From NCBI GenBank assembly GCA_004558305.1, contig SFDG01000014.1, positions 2,260 through 66,259 on the forward strand: a DNA stretch of 64,000 nt, in the 5' to 3' direction. Under the pieces are notes generated by a model. The model worked only from the letters and a program-made list of their open reading frames with translations, did no database searches and had not been told where the DNA came from. Positions 10,173-20,039 of this stretch are shown here, piece by piece; position 1 is the stretch's first letter, and every line of letters starts with the position of its first letter. The position numbers and the translations under genes are program-made. This stretch comes from Phocaeicola plebeius (GTDB lineage: Bacteria; Bacteroidota; Bacteroidia; Bacteroidales; Bacteroidaceae).

Positions 10173-10919
10173 ATGAACCTGCTGGCTGCCCTGATTTTCT
10201 TTACCCGCCTTCCCCTGTGGAAATGGAAGGCGGTACCGGCCGAATGCTTCAAGCACGTGGTTCCCTACTGGCCGCTCGTGGGGTGGCTGACGGGCGGCAC
10301 CCTGTGTGCCGTCCTGTACGCCGCCGCACAGGTCTTTCCGCTGCCCGTAGCCTGGCTGCTGGCCCTGACGGCCCGCCTCCTGCTCACCGGATGCCTCCAC
10401 GAGGACGGACTGGCCGACTTCCTCGACGGGTTCGGGGGAGGGACGACCCGCGAACGGACACTGGCCATCATGAAAGACTCGCACATCGGTACCTATGGTG
10501 TCATCGGACTGGTGGTCTACTTTCTCCTGCTCTGGCAAGTGGGCAGCCACCTTCCGCTGGCGGTTCTGGCCCCACTGTCGGTATGCGCCGACTGCTGGTC
10601 CAAAGCAGCCAGTGCCCAGCTGGTGAACTTCCTGCCTTATGCCCGCACGGAAGCGGAAAGCAAGGCGAAGGTGGTATATAGCCGGATGCGGCCGACCGAA
10701 GGAGGACTGGTCCTCCTCGGCGGCGGACTGCCGGTGCTCCTGCTGCTTCCCGGCTCGTGCTGGATGGCTCTCCTCGTCCCCTGTGGCATCGTGACGATTC
10801 TCATCCGCCTCATGAAGCGGCGCATCGGCGGCTATACCGGAGATTGCTGCGGAGCGACGTTCCTGCTCAGCGAACTCGGTTTTTACCTGGTCTGCGGCGG
10901 CCTGCTGCTCTGTTCTTAA
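10173..10919 (+). CDS. cobS: Adenosylcobinamide-GDP ribazoletransferase (cobalamin synthase)
   Basis: 'FFTRLP', 'TGCLHEDGLADFLDGF', 'MKDSHIGTYG', 'GGYTGDCCGA'. Confidence 0.95.
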   Translation: MNLLAALIFFTRLPLWKWKAVPAECFKHVVPYWPLVGWLTGGTLCAVLYAAAQVFPLPVAWLLALTARLLLTGCLHEDGLADFLDGFGGGTTRERTLAIMKDSHIGTYGVIGLVVYFLLLWQVGSHLPLAVLAPLSVCADCWSKAASAQLVNFLPYARTEAESKAKVVYSRMRPTEGGLVLLGGGLPVLLLLPGSCWMALLVPCGIVTILIRLMKRRIGGYTGDCCGATFLLSELGFYLVCGGLLLCS

Positions 10920-10964
10920 AGGCCGGCATGGAACACTGTTGTCATTATTAATAAAGAAAGACAG

Positions 10965-11495
10965 ATGGAATTAGTACTTATCCGACACACCTCGGTGGAC
11001 GTTCCGCCCGGTGTATGCTACGGCCAGACGGATGTCCCCTTGAAAGACAACTTCGAGGACGAAGCAGCCCACACCCAGCTGCTGCTGCAGCCCTACGCCC
11101 CTTTCGATGCCGTGTACACCAGTCCGCTGACCCGCTGCACCCGACTGGCCGAGCGATGCGGCTATCCGACGGCCCGGCGCGACCAGCGACTGCTGGAACT
11201 GGATTTCGGGGAATGGGAAATGCAGGCTTTCGATGCCATCCGCGACCCACGCCTGCAGGAATGGTATGACGACTACCTGCACGTGGCCCCCACGGGCGGC
11301 GAGTCCTTCCAACAGCAATACGCACGGGTCAGCCACTTTCTGGAAGAACTGAAAGGAAAGCCTTACCGCCGGGCAGCCGTCTTTGCCCACGGAGGGGTAT
11401 TGCTCTGTGCCCGGCTTTACGCGGGGGAACTCACCCCCGACCAGCTGTTCGGTTCCCTCACCCCCTATGGGGGAGTGGTCTGTCTCCAGCTATAG
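10965..11495 (+). CDS. cobC: Alpha-ribazole phosphatase (histidine phosphatase)
   Basis: RH motif, 'SPLTRC', 'ELDFGEWEM', 'GGES', 'AHGG'; follows cobS. Confidence 0.9.
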   Translation: MELVLIRHTSVDVPPGVCYGQTDVPLKDNFEDEAAHTQLLLQPYAPFDAVYTSPLTRCTRLAERCGYPTARRDQRLLELDFGEWEMQAFDAIRDPRLQEWYDDYLHVAPTGGESFQQQYARVSHFLEELKGKPYRRAAVFAHGGVLLCARLYAGELTPDQLFGSLTPYGGVVCLQL

Positions 11496-12410
11496 GAGCC
11501 AGACGGCCAGACCGACCAGCACCAGCATCAGGATCTCCGCCCGCCGGGTGATACGGATGGCCACCCGCATATCAGCAAGGCCCAACGGTCGGTCGGTGGT
11601 TCCGATGAACGGCTTCCACACCACCTCCCCGAAGTAGGAATGAGGACCGCCAAAACGGCAGTCGAGGATGCCAGCCATCGCCGCCTCAGGATAACCGGAA
11701 TTGGGGCTGGCATGGCACGTGCCGTAGCGAATGACGAATCGCCACCGGGACAAGTAGTTGGCGGCCACCAGCAGCAGGACAGCCGTCAAGCGGGCTGGCA
11801 CGTAGTTGGCCACGTCGTCCATCCGGGCGGCGAAACAGCCGAATTCGGCATACCGCTCGTTACGGTAGCCAATCATGGAATCCAACGTATTCACCATCTT
11901 GTAGGCCATCATGCCGGGCACTCCCAGCAAGGCCCACCAGAACAGTGGGGCAACAACCCCATCGCTCAAGTTCTCCGCCAAGGTTTCGAGGGCAGCCGTC
12001 CGCACCTCCTGTGCGGTCAGTTCCGAGGTATCGCGACCGACGATGCGGGCCACCTGCCGGCGGCCTTCCTCCAACGAACGGTCGACGGCGAAGAAGACCT
12101 CCCGCACTTCCCGCACCAGCGTCGTCCCGGCCAGACAGTAGAATATCAGTACCACCTGCAGAGCCAATGCTACCCAAGAAGAAATGAGGCTGGCCAAAGC
12201 CAGTACCCCTCCGACCGCCAGTCCGGTACCTGCCACCAGTGACAAAGCCAGTACCGCCCCTTTCCAGCGGCGTCCCTTCCCCCGGTTCCAAGCATGTTCC
12301 CCCTTGGCAATAAGCCGGCCGAATCCCACTACCGGATGCGGCAGAGCGACCGGATCGCCCAACCAACGGTCGAGCAGCCCGGCCAACAACAGTGTTATCA
12401 GTCGTTCCAT
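11490..12410 (-). CDS. cbiB: Adenosylcobinamide-phosphate synthase
   Basis: 'GDP..LPHPVV', 'IVGRDT', 'ETLAENLSDGVVAP', 'NTLDSMIGY', 'SPNSGYPEA'. Confidence 0.95.
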   Translation of the reverse strand: MERLITLLLAGLLDRWLGDPVALPHPVVGFGRLIAKGEHAWNRGKGRRWKGAVLALSLVAGTGLAVGGVLALASLISSWVALALQVVLIFYCLAGTTLVREVREVFFAVDRSLEEGRRQVARIVGRDTSELTAQEVRTAALETLAENLSDGVVAPLFWWALLGVPGMMAYKMVNTLDSMIGYRNERYAEFGCFAARMDDVANYVPARLTAVLLLVAANYLSRWRFVIRYGTCHASPNSGYPEAAMAGILDCRFGGPHSYFGEVVWKPFIGTTDRPLGLADMRVAIRITRRAEILMLVLVGLAVWLL

Positions 12411-12422
12411 ATACTTCTCCTC

Positions 12423-13454
12423 CTATATTTTCAGCCATTGCTCAATGGCCACCACCAGGCGGTCGTTCTCCTCGGGCCGCTGCGTGGCAATTCGAAAAAA
12501 GCAATCATCCAGTCCCTCGAAGTTCGATGCGTCCCGAATCAGCAGACCATGCTCCTTCGCCAGATAGTCCTTCAAGGCCGCTGCCCGTCCCACCCGCAAG
12601 CGAGCCAGCAGGAAGTGGGTCTGCGTGTCCCAGACCTCCACGGCCCCCAATGACTCCAACCGCTGCCGCAGCCGCCGGGTCTCGCGCAGGTAAGGCTCCA
12701 CCTCCATCGGTGCCTCTTCAGGATGGTCGAGCAAGTACATCCCGGCCTGGATGGCCAACTGATTGACCGACCAGGGCATCCGGTTGGCCCGCAGCCGCTG
12801 CAGCAAGGAAGGGGCTCCCGTCACGTAGCCCAGGCGCAGACCGGGAACCGCATAGCGTTTCGTCAACGAATGAAGGAGCAACACATTCGGGAAAGCCGCT
12901 GCCTCCGCTGGAGACCACAGGCGTTCCAGCGTAAAGGCTTCATAAGACTGGTCGATGACGAAGCACACCTGGGGATTCCGCTCCACCACACGCGTCAGGA
13001 TTTCCCGGTCCGTCACCAATCCTGTAGGATTGTTGGGATTGCACAGCCACAACATTCCGACCCCTTCCGGCAGGCGGTACTGCTCGCGGGAGCCGGGCAA
13101 CGCATACAAGGTCTTCACCGTGTGGGCGTGCATCCGGCAGGCATCGGCATACTCGCTGAAGGTCGGTTGCACGACCGCCGAACCGCTGCCGCGGAAGGTC
13201 TGCGCCAGCAGATAGATAGCCTCCGTCGCTCCGTTGGTCACACACACGCCCCCCTTCGGCAGACGGAAACGGTCTGCCAGCCGGGCCTCCAATGTATACG
13301 GTTCCGGTTCGGGATAGGAACCGAGGGTGTCTAAGCAGGCCCGCAAGTGGGCCTTCAGTCCGCTCAGGTCGATGTCCGGACAGACATTCGAACTGAAATT
13401 GGCCGTAATGGCCGCGTCATACGCATATGCGTCGTCTCCGTGTCCGTTAATCAT
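12423..13454 (-). CDS. cobD: L-threonine-O-3-phosphate decarboxylase (PLP, class I/II)
   Basis: 'GHGDD', 'NGATEAI', 'CNPNNPTG', 'SLTKRYAVPGLRLGY'; lies between cbiP and cbiB. Confidence 0.88.
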   Translation of the reverse strand: MINGHGDDAYAYDAAITANFSSNVCPDIDLSGLKAHLRACLDTLGSYPEPEPYTLEARLADRFRLPKGGVCVTNGATEAIYLLAQTFRGSGSAVVQPTFSEYADACRMHAHTVKTLYALPGSREQYRLPEGVGMLWLCNPNNPTGLVTDREILTRVVERNPQVCFVIDQSYEAFTLERLWSPAEAAAFPNVLLLHSLTKRYAVPGLRLGYVTGAPSLLQRLRANRMPWSVNQLAIQAGMYLLDHPEEAPMEVEPYLRETRRLRQRLESLGAVEVWDTQTHFLLARLRVGRAAALKDYLAKEHGLLIRDASNFEGLDDCFFRIATQRPEENDRLVVAIEQWLKI

Positions 13455-14952
13455 GATGGTTGGTTGTCAGTATTTCGTACAGCAAAGGCAAGTTCACGTA
13501 CTTCCGCACGTGGTCGGCCAGTTTGTCGTACTGTTGTTCCTTGAATTGATGGTAATCGAAGCGGGAAGCCCCTGCCGACAGTTTCGCCCGGTGCGGCTCC
13601 AGCAGGAAGTCCACAAAGGCAGGATTGTCCAGAATGCCGTGGATATAGGTTCCCATGCAGCCCGGTCCGGCCCAGCAGCCTTCATCAGTTCCGTCGGCCA
13701 ACCGGTTCAGCGGCAGTGCCGACGTGCCCGGCCTACGCTCCGTCTTCCCCATGTGAATTTCATACCCTTCCATGGCCTCGTCGCGTCCATGCAGCGTGAA
13801 ACGGACCTGCCGCGTCACCTTCTCGCCTTGCATCTCGGTCACCACCGGCAGCAGGCCCAATCCGGGCAGACTCTCCTGCTCCCCTTCCACGTGGTTCGGG
13901 TCGCTCACCCGTTCCCCCATCAGCTGATAGCCGCCGCAGATGCCCATCACGGTCGCCCCGTTCCGGCGGGCGCGGACAATGGCCTGCGCCACCCCATTGC
14001 GACGGATGTCGTGCAAATCGTCAAGGGTACTTTTCGTCCCCGGCAGCAGAATGATGTCTGCCTGAGCCAGTTCGTCCACATTGTTGGTATAGAACAGGTG
14101 AAGCCGTTCGTCGCGCTCCAGCACGTTGAAGTCGGTGAAGTTGCTCACATGGCGCAGCAGCACGACCGCCACGTTCACCTTCCCCTGTTCGGCCCGGTAC
14201 GCTTTGGCCGCCAGGGCTACCGAATCCTCCTCCTCGATGTGGATGTCCTTGAAATACGGGATGACCCCCAGCACGGGAATGCCGCACAGCTCTTCCAGCT
14301 GCTTCACTCCCGACTCGAAAAGACGGAGGTCGCCACGGAACTTGTTGATGAGGATACCTTTCACCCGCTTCCGCTCCTCGGGACGGAGCAGGAGAAGCGA
14401 CCCGTAGACACTGGCAAAGACCCCTCCCCGGTCGATGTCCCCCACCAGCAGCACATCGGCTCCGGCATGCATCGCCATGGGCAGGTTCACCAAGTCGGTG
14501 TCGCGGAGATTGATTTCCGCCAGGCTGCCTGCCCCTTCGAGTACGATGGGATGGTAGCGGGCCGCCAGTCGGTCGTAGGCCGCACAGACCGCCTGCCGCA
14601 ACTCCTCCCGACCTTCGCGACGGAAATAGTCATACGCGCTCCGGTTCCCGATGGGCCGTCCGTTCAGCACCACCTGAGAGGTATGGTCGCTCTGTGGTTT
14701 CAGCAACAAGGGGTTCATGTCCGTGTGACAGGGAATGCCGGCCGCTTCGGCCTGCACCGCCTGTGCCCGCCCGATTTCCAGTCCCTCGGGCGTGGCAAAC
14801 GAATTCAAGGCCATGTTCTGGGCCTTGAAAGGGGCAGGATGGTAGCCATCTTGCCGGAAGATGCGGCAGAAGGCAGCGGCCAGCACGCTCTTGCCCACGT
14901 CGCTGCCCGTTCCCGCCAACATCAGCGGATGAAGTTGTCTGTTCTTGTTCAT
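13447..14952 (-). CDS. cbiP: Cobyric acid synthase
   Basis: Likely start ATG 14952 (MNKNRQ..); 'GTGSDVGKS', 'PFKAQNMALNS', 'DIDRGGVFA', 'SNFTD', 'GICGGYQ', 'GYEIHMG'. Confidence 0.95.
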   Translation of the reverse strand: MNKNRQLHPLMLAGTGSDVGKSVLAAAFCRIFRQDGYHPAPFKAQNMALNSFATPEGLEIGRAQAVQAEAAGIPCHTDMNPLLLKPQSDHTSQVVLNGRPIGNRSAYDYFRREGREELRQAVCAAYDRLAARYHPIVLEGAGSLAEINLRDTDLVNLPMAMHAGADVLLVGDIDRGGVFASVYGSLLLLRPEERKRVKGILINKFRGDLRLFESGVKQLEELCGIPVLGVIPYFKDIHIEEEDSVALAAKAYRAEQGKVNVAVVLLRHVSNFTDFNVLERDERLHLFYTNNVDELAQADIILLPGTKSTLDDLHDIRRNGVAQAIVRARRNGATVMGICGGYQLMGERVSDPNHVEGEQESLPGLGLLPVVTEMQGEKVTRQVRFTLHGRDEAMEGYEIHMGKTERRPGTSALPLNRLADGTDEGCWAGPGCMGTYIHGILDNPAFVDFLLEPHRAKLSAGASRFDYHQFKEQQYDKLADHVRKYVNLPLLYEILTTNHHD

Positions 14953-15518
14953 AGGTTTCGTCGATAGGAAAAAGACTGCCACCGCTCCTCCTGCCGGTCT
15001 GCCTGCCACAGCGCATGGCGAGCCAAGACGAAAAAGAGGTCGGACAGCCGGTTCAAATAGCGCAGCACGAGTTCGGGGACAGGGTCTTGCCGGTGGAGGG
15101 TCCAGAGCCGCCGTTCGGCCCGCCGGGCCACGGTACGGGCCAGGTGCAGGTGGGCCGCCACGGGTGTTCCTCCGGGCAGCAGGAAATGGGCCGACTCGCC
15201 CATCTCGGCGGTCAGTCTGTCCATCTCGACTTCGCAGGCCTCCACCCACCCTTCCTCCAGCCGGTTGGGATTACCGTGGCGCAAGGAAGAAGGAGTGGCC
15301 ACCTGGCTCATCACGGCCATCAGCTGCAGCTGCACCTCACGCAGCAGCGACTGCCAGTCATGGCTGTCGGACAGCAAGGAGCGGACCACGCCCACCACCG
15401 CATTCAGCTCATCCAGACAGCCGTTCGCTTCGATGCGGATGTCATCCTTCGGCACCCGCCCGCCCCCGGCAACGCGGGTCATTCCCCCGTCGCCGCTTCG
15501 TGTATAAATCCGTTTCAT
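14949..15518 (-). CDS. pduO: ATP:cob(I)alamin adenosyltransferase, PduO type
   Basis: 'RIYTRSGDGG', 'GCLDELNA', 'RTVARRAER', 'YLNRLSDLFF'; start ATG 15518. Confidence 0.92.
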   Translation of the reverse strand: MKRIYTRSGDGGMTRVAGGGRVPKDDIRIEANGCLDELNAVVGVVRSLLSDSHDWQSLLREVQLQLMAVMSQVATPSSLRHGNPNRLEEGWVEACEVEMDRLTAEMGESAHFLLPGGTPVAAHLHLARTVARRAERRLWTLHRQDPVPELVLRYLNRLSDLFFVLARHALWQADRQEERWQSFSYRRNL

Positions 15519-15540
15519 ATAAACTTTCTGCTTAACTGGC

Positions 15541-15572
15541 TGCAAAATTAAAAATAATATCCTAATTTTGCA
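15541..15572. promoter_or_regulatory. Back-to-back Bacteroidetes -7 promoter elements for the two divergent cob operons
   Basis: TGCAAAATTA (15541-15550) and TAATTTTGCA (15563-15572): TAnnTTTG on each strand, forming a perfect 10-bp inverted repeat. Confidence 0.7.
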
Positions 15573-15629
15573 CTGACTTGGGCGAATGAATCCCTACATT
15601 AATCGACTACTAACAGTATATTCTGCATT

Positions 15630-17042
15630 ATGGACAATCCAAGGTTGGTCGTGGCCGGCATAGGGCCGGGCAGCGCAAACGACATCACGCCGGCTGTGAT
15701 CCAGGCGGTACAGAACAGCGAGGTAATCATCGGTTACCACTATTATTTCCAGTTCATCGAACCCTTCCTGCAGCCCGGCACCCGCTGCATCGACACGGGA
15801 ATGCGGCGCGAGCGCGACCGGGCCCGACAGGCTTTCGAGCTGGCCGAACAGGGACAGCGGGTCTGCATCATCAGTTCGGGGGATGCCGGCATCTACGGCA
15901 TGGCACCGTTGGTGTACGAGATGAAGCGGGAGCGGAACAGTCCCGTGGAGATCGAGGTCCTGCCCGGCATCAGTGCCTTCCAGAAGGCAGCCGCCCTCCT
16001 CGGTGCCCCGTTGGGCCACGACTGCTGCCTGATTTCCCTCTCCGACCTGCTCACACCCTGGGCCACCATCGAAAAACGCATCCGGGCGGCTGCCTCGGCC
16101 GACTTCGTCACGGCGGTCTACAATCCCAAGAGCGAAGGACGCTACTGGCAACTCTACCGACTGAAGGAACTGTTCCTAGAGGAACGCGACCCGAAGACAC
16201 CGGTGGGCTACGTGAAGCAGGCAGGACGGCCTGACGAACAGACCGTGGTGACCACCCTGGCCGACTTCGACCCCGAACAGGTGGATATGTTCACCATTGT
16301 CCTCATCGGCAACTCCCAGTCGTATGCACCCGGCGGCCCGGTCATCGTGACCCCGCGCGGCTACTACTCGACACCGGAAACCGAATCGGGGACCGGCATC
16401 GGGCAGGAAATCATGATGAACAGCTTCCGCACCATCGAACAGGAGCTGCAGCACCCCGACCTGCCCCTTGGAAAGAAATGGGCTTTGCTCCATGCCATCC
16501 ACACCACCGCCGACTTCGAGATGGAACGCTGGCTGCACGTAGACGAAGGAGCCGTAGAAACCCTCTACCGCGCCTGTGCAGAAGGCCGCATCCGCCACAT
16601 CATTACCGATGTGACCATGGCCGCGGCAGGCATCCGAAAGGGGGCTCTCCAGCGGTTGGGCATCCAGGCGGAATGCTACCTGGGCGACGAGCGGGTGGCA
16701 CAGCTTGCCCGCGACAAACACATTACCCGCACCCAGGCCGGTATCCGCCTGGCGGTGGAAGAACATCCGGAAGCCCTCTACGTGTTCGGCAACGCCCCCA
16801 CCGCCCTGATGGAACTCTGCGACCTGATACGCAAGGGCAAGGCACGGCCCGCCGGCATCATCGCCGCTCCGGTAGGGTTCGTCCATGTCTGCGAGAGCAA
16901 GCACCAGGTGAAGCCATTCACCCATATTCCCAAACTGATTGTCGAAGGGCGGAAAGGCGGCAGTAACCTGGCTGCCACACTGGTCAATGCCATCCTCTGT
17001 TTCGACGATGCAGCCACCTTAAAACCCGGACGCGATGTGTAA
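15630..17042 (+). CDS. cbiH: Fusion: cobalt-precorrin-3 C17-methyltransferase + precorrin-8 methylmutase (CbiH-CbiC)
   Basis: N-half 'GIGPG','SSGDAGIYGMA','SLSDLLTPW','YNPKS','TPRGY'; C-half 'IHTTADF','TDVTM','GNAPTAL','PVGFV','GRKGGS'. Confidence 0.92.
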   Translation: MDNPRLVVAGIGPGSANDITPAVIQAVQNSEVIIGYHYYFQFIEPFLQPGTRCIDTGMRRERDRARQAFELAEQGQRVCIISSGDAGIYGMAPLVYEMKRERNSPVEIEVLPGISAFQKAAALLGAPLGHDCCLISLSDLLTPWATIEKRIRAAASADFVTAVYNPKSEGRYWQLYRLKELFLEERDPKTPVGYVKQAGRPDEQTVVTTLADFDPEQVDMFTIVLIGNSQSYAPGGPVIVTPRGYYSTPETESGTGIGQEIMMNSFRTIEQELQHPDLPLGKKWALLHAIHTTADFEMERWLHVDEGAVETLYRACAEGRIRHIITDVTMAAAGIRKGALQRLGIQAECYLGDERVAQLARDKHITRTQAGIRLAVEEHPEALYVFGNAPTALMELCDLIRKGKARPAGIIAAPVGFVHVCESKHQVKPFTHIPKLIVEGRKGGSNLAATLVNAILCFDDAATLKPGRDV

Positions 17043-18222
17043 GCAGACCTTTTACGTCATCGGACTGACCGACGGCCAGGAAACGTCGTTTCCGAATGAA
17101 GTCCGCGAACGGCTGACGCAAGGGACGGTGTTCTCCGGCGGCAAGCGCCACCATGAAATCGTAGGCCCGCTGCTGCCGGAAGGAGCCTTGTGGATTGACA
17201 TTACCGTGCCCCTCGACAGCGTGTTTGCCCACTATGAAGGCCATTCCGAAATAGTGGTCTTCGCTTCGGGAGACCCTCTGTTCTATGGATTCGCCGCCAC
17301 CCTCCAGCGGCGGCTGCCCGAAGCACGACTGGTGGTCTACCCCACCTTCCATTCGCTGCAGCTCCTGGCCCACCGCCTTCTGTTGCCGTATCAGGACCTG
17401 CACCCGGTGTCGCTGACCGGCCGTCCCTGGAACGAGCTGGACGAAGCCCTCATTAGCGGCGAACGCCTCATCGGAGTGTTGACCGACCGCCGCAAGACCC
17501 CGGCAGCCATTGCCCGGCGACTGCTCGACTATGGCTACGACAACTACCGGATGCTTCTCGGCGAACGGCTGGGCCATGCCGCCAAAGAACGGGTGCGCAA
17601 ACTGCAGCTTTCTGAAGCGGCAACGGCAGAGACTGGTTTTCCCAACTGTCTCCTGCTGGAGCGAACGGCCCTCCGACCCCGCCCTTTCGGACTGCCCGAA
17701 AGCGAGTTCCACCTGCTGGACGGACGGGTAAACATGATTACCAAGATGCCTATCCGCCTGTTGACCCTCAGCCAGCTGGACCTGCGCCACCGGCACACGT
17801 TCTGGGACATCGGCTTCTGCACCGGCTCAGTATCCATCGAAGCCAAGTTGCAGTTCCCCCACCTGCAGGTCGTGGCATTTGAGCAGCGCGAGGAAGGGCG
17901 GGAACTGATGGAGCAGAATGCCCGGAAATTCGGGACACCAGGCATCCAGGCCCTCATCGGTGACTTCCTGGAGGCCGACCTCTCCGACTTGCCCCGTCCT
18001 GAAGCTGTCTTCATCGGCGGCCACGGAGGACGGCTGGCCGATCTCCTCCGACGGGTGGACGAAGTCCTGCTGCCAGGCGGGGTCATCGTCTTCAATTCCG
18101 TCAGTGCCGACAGCCTCCGTCTGTTCGAGGAAAGCCTGATTCCCCTCCACCGCCGCATCACCCGCCGGATGGCAGTGACTGTCGATTCGTTTAACCCTAT
18201 AACCATTCTCAAAGCCGAATGA
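17035..18222 (+). CDS. cbiE: Fusion: cobalt-precorrin-7 C5- and -6B C15-methyltransferase (CbiE-CbiT)
   Basis: 'ASGDPLFYG', 'MITKMPIR', 'WDIGFCTGSVSIE', 'VFIGGHGG'. Confidence 0.9.
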   Translation: MCKQTFYVIGLTDGQETSFPNEVRERLTQGTVFSGGKRHHEIVGPLLPEGALWIDITVPLDSVFAHYEGHSEIVVFASGDPLFYGFAATLQRRLPEARLVVYPTFHSLQLLAHRLLLPYQDLHPVSLTGRPWNELDEALISGERLIGVLTDRRKTPAAIARRLLDYGYDNYRMLLGERLGHAAKERVRKLQLSEAATAETGFPNCLLLERTALRPRPFGLPESEFHLLDGRVNMITKMPIRLLTLSQLDLRHRHTFWDIGFCTGSVSIEAKLQFPHLQVVAFEQREEGRELMEQNARKFGTPGIQALIGDFLEADLSDLPRPEAVFIGGHGGRLADLLRRVDEVLLPGGVIVFNSVSADSLRLFEESLIPLHRRITRRMAVTVDSFNPITILKAE

Positions 18223-20039
18223 TTGCTATCCTGTTGATTTCCGAGTCGGCCCTTCCCCTGGCCGAAACCTTGCGCCGTGAACTGGCCGACACCGTCCTCT
18301 ATTCCCACAAGGAGCTGCCGGGCTGCACTGCCGTCCCTTCGTTCTCCTGTTGGCTCTCCGACCATGTCCAGGAGTATTCCGCCATTGTCTTCATCGGGGC
18401 CTTGGGCATCTGCGTAAGGACCATAACTCCTTGCCTGCACAACAAGTACACTGATCCGGCCGTGGTCTGTGTAGACACCACCGGACGCTACGCCATCCCG
18501 GTTCTTTCGGGTCATATCGGCGGAGCCAACGAACTGAGCCGCCGCATTGCCGCCCTGTTTGGCGGGGAAGCTGTCGTGACCACCCAAAGCGACAACATGG
18601 GACTATGGGCCCTCGATACCCTGGCCCGACAGTATGGCTGGCAGACCGATGCCACCCGGGCCCACATGAACCGCTGCATTTTCCTCTTTGTCGGCCAACG
18701 GCCCACAGCCCTGCTGCTGGAAGTGCGCGACCGGGGAACAGCGGAGCTTGAAAGAAACCTGCCGGCTCATGTCCGGGTGTTTTACCGCCTTGCGGACATC
18801 CCACAGGATGAATTCGAACTGTTGATTGCCGTCACTCCCTTCCTGCCTGTTCCAGGCGAAGTACATCTGCCGGTCCTCTACTATTACCCCCCAGTGCTCC
18901 ACCTCGGCATGGGCTGCAAGAAGCAGTGCTGTCCCGACGGAGTGGCCGACTACATCTCTGGGCAGCTGACAGAACGCCGTCTCGCTCCGCAGTCTGTCGC
19001 TTCCATCAGCACCATCACCCTGAAACAGGACGAGCCGCTCCTCCTTGCCCTCCACAAAGCCTGGCCCCAATCGCGCCTCCATGTCTATCCTGCGGAAGAA
19101 CTGGCCGACATCGAAGTTCCCCATCCTTCGGAACAAGCCTTCCGGGTGACGGGACTCTACGGCGTGGCCGAAGCAGCCGCCCTGAAGAGCGGACAGGAAG
19201 GTCCGCTGCTCATCGACAAGCAGAAAGGCTGCCTGCAGGAGGGACATCATTTCACCTTCGCAGTCTGCCTCGACCGTCCCGCATCGCGCTGCGGACACAT
19301 CGAGATTGTGGGAGCCGGCCCCGGTGACCCCGAACTGGTTTCAGTACGGGGCCGCCGTTTCCTCGAACAGGCTGACCTCATCCTCTACGCCGGCAGCCTG
19401 GTGCCCGTCGAACTGACTGCCTGTGCCAAGAACGGCGCCACAGTGCGCAGTTCCGCCTCCCTCACCCTGGAAGAACAGTTCGAGCTGATGAAGTCGTTCT
19501 ACGACCGGGGCCTGCTGGTGGTGCGCCTCCATACGGGCGACCCCTGTATCTACGGGGCCATCCAGGAACAGATGGCCTTCTTCGACCGCCACCACATGAG
19601 TTACCACATTACCCCCGGCATTTCCTCGTTCCAAGCCGCTGCTGCTGCCCTCCGCTCACAGTTCACCATTCCCGAAAAGGTACAGACCATCATCCTGACC
19701 CGCGGCGAGGGCCGGACTCCCATGCCGGAAAAAGAACGGCTCCACCTGCTGGCCCGCTCACAAAGCACCCTGTGCATCTACCTGAGTGCCGGCATCGTGG
19801 AAAAGGTGCAGGAGGAACTGCTGCAAGCCTATCCGCCCGAGACACCGGTGGCTGCCTGCTACAAGCTGACCTGGAAGGAGGAGCGCATCTACCGGGGACA
19901 ACTGAAGGACCTGGTCCGCCTTGTCCGCGACAACGGACTGACTCTGACCACCTTGCTTGTAGTGGGCGAGGCTATCGATAACCGCCGGGGACTGTCACGG
20001 CTCTATGCCCACGATTTCCATCACCTGTACCGGCCATGA
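18219..20039 (+). CDS. cbiF: Fusion: CbiG + cobalt-precorrin-4 C11-methyltransferase (CbiG-CbiF)
   Basis: N-half 'KYTDPAVV','LSGHIGGAN','GMGCKK','GVAEAAA'; C-half 'VGAGPGDPEL','YAGSLV','RLHTGDPCIYGA'. Confidence 0.92.
   Translation: MIAILLISESALPLAETLRRELADTVLYSHKELPGCTAVPSFSCWLSDHVQEYSAIVFIGALGICVRTITPCLHNKYTDPAVVCVDTTGRYAIPVLSGHIGGANELSRRIAALFGGEAVVTTQSDNMGLWALDTLARQYGWQTDATRAHMNRCIFLFVGQRPTALLLEVRDRGTAELERNLPAHVRVFYRLADIPQDEFELLIAVTPFLPVPGEVHLPVLYYYPPVLHLGMGCKKQCCPDGVADYISGQLTERRLAPQSVASISTITLKQDEPLLLALHKAWPQSRLHVYPAEELADIEVPHPSEQAFRVTGLYGVAEAAALKSGQEGPLLIDKQKGCLQEGHHFTFAVCLDRPASRCGHIEIVGAGPGDPELVSVRGRRFLEQADLILYAGSLVPVELTACAKNGATVRSSASLTLEEQFELMKSFYDRGLLVVRLHTGDPCIYGAIQEQMAFFDRHHMSYHITPGISSFQAAAAALRSQFTIPEKVQTIILTRGEGRTPMPEKERLHLLARSQSTLCIYLSAGIVEKVQEELLQAYPPETPVAACYKLTWKEERIYRGQLKDLVRLVRDNGLTLTTLLVVGEAIDNRRGLSRLYAHDFHHLYRP

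Noticed and set aside
9066..14967. Long antisense ORFs (e.g. 9066..10550, 13327..14967; also 23665..25209 and 56935..58314)
   Set aside because: Shadow ORFs opposite well-supported genes, expected from high-GC codon bias; no recognisable motifs.
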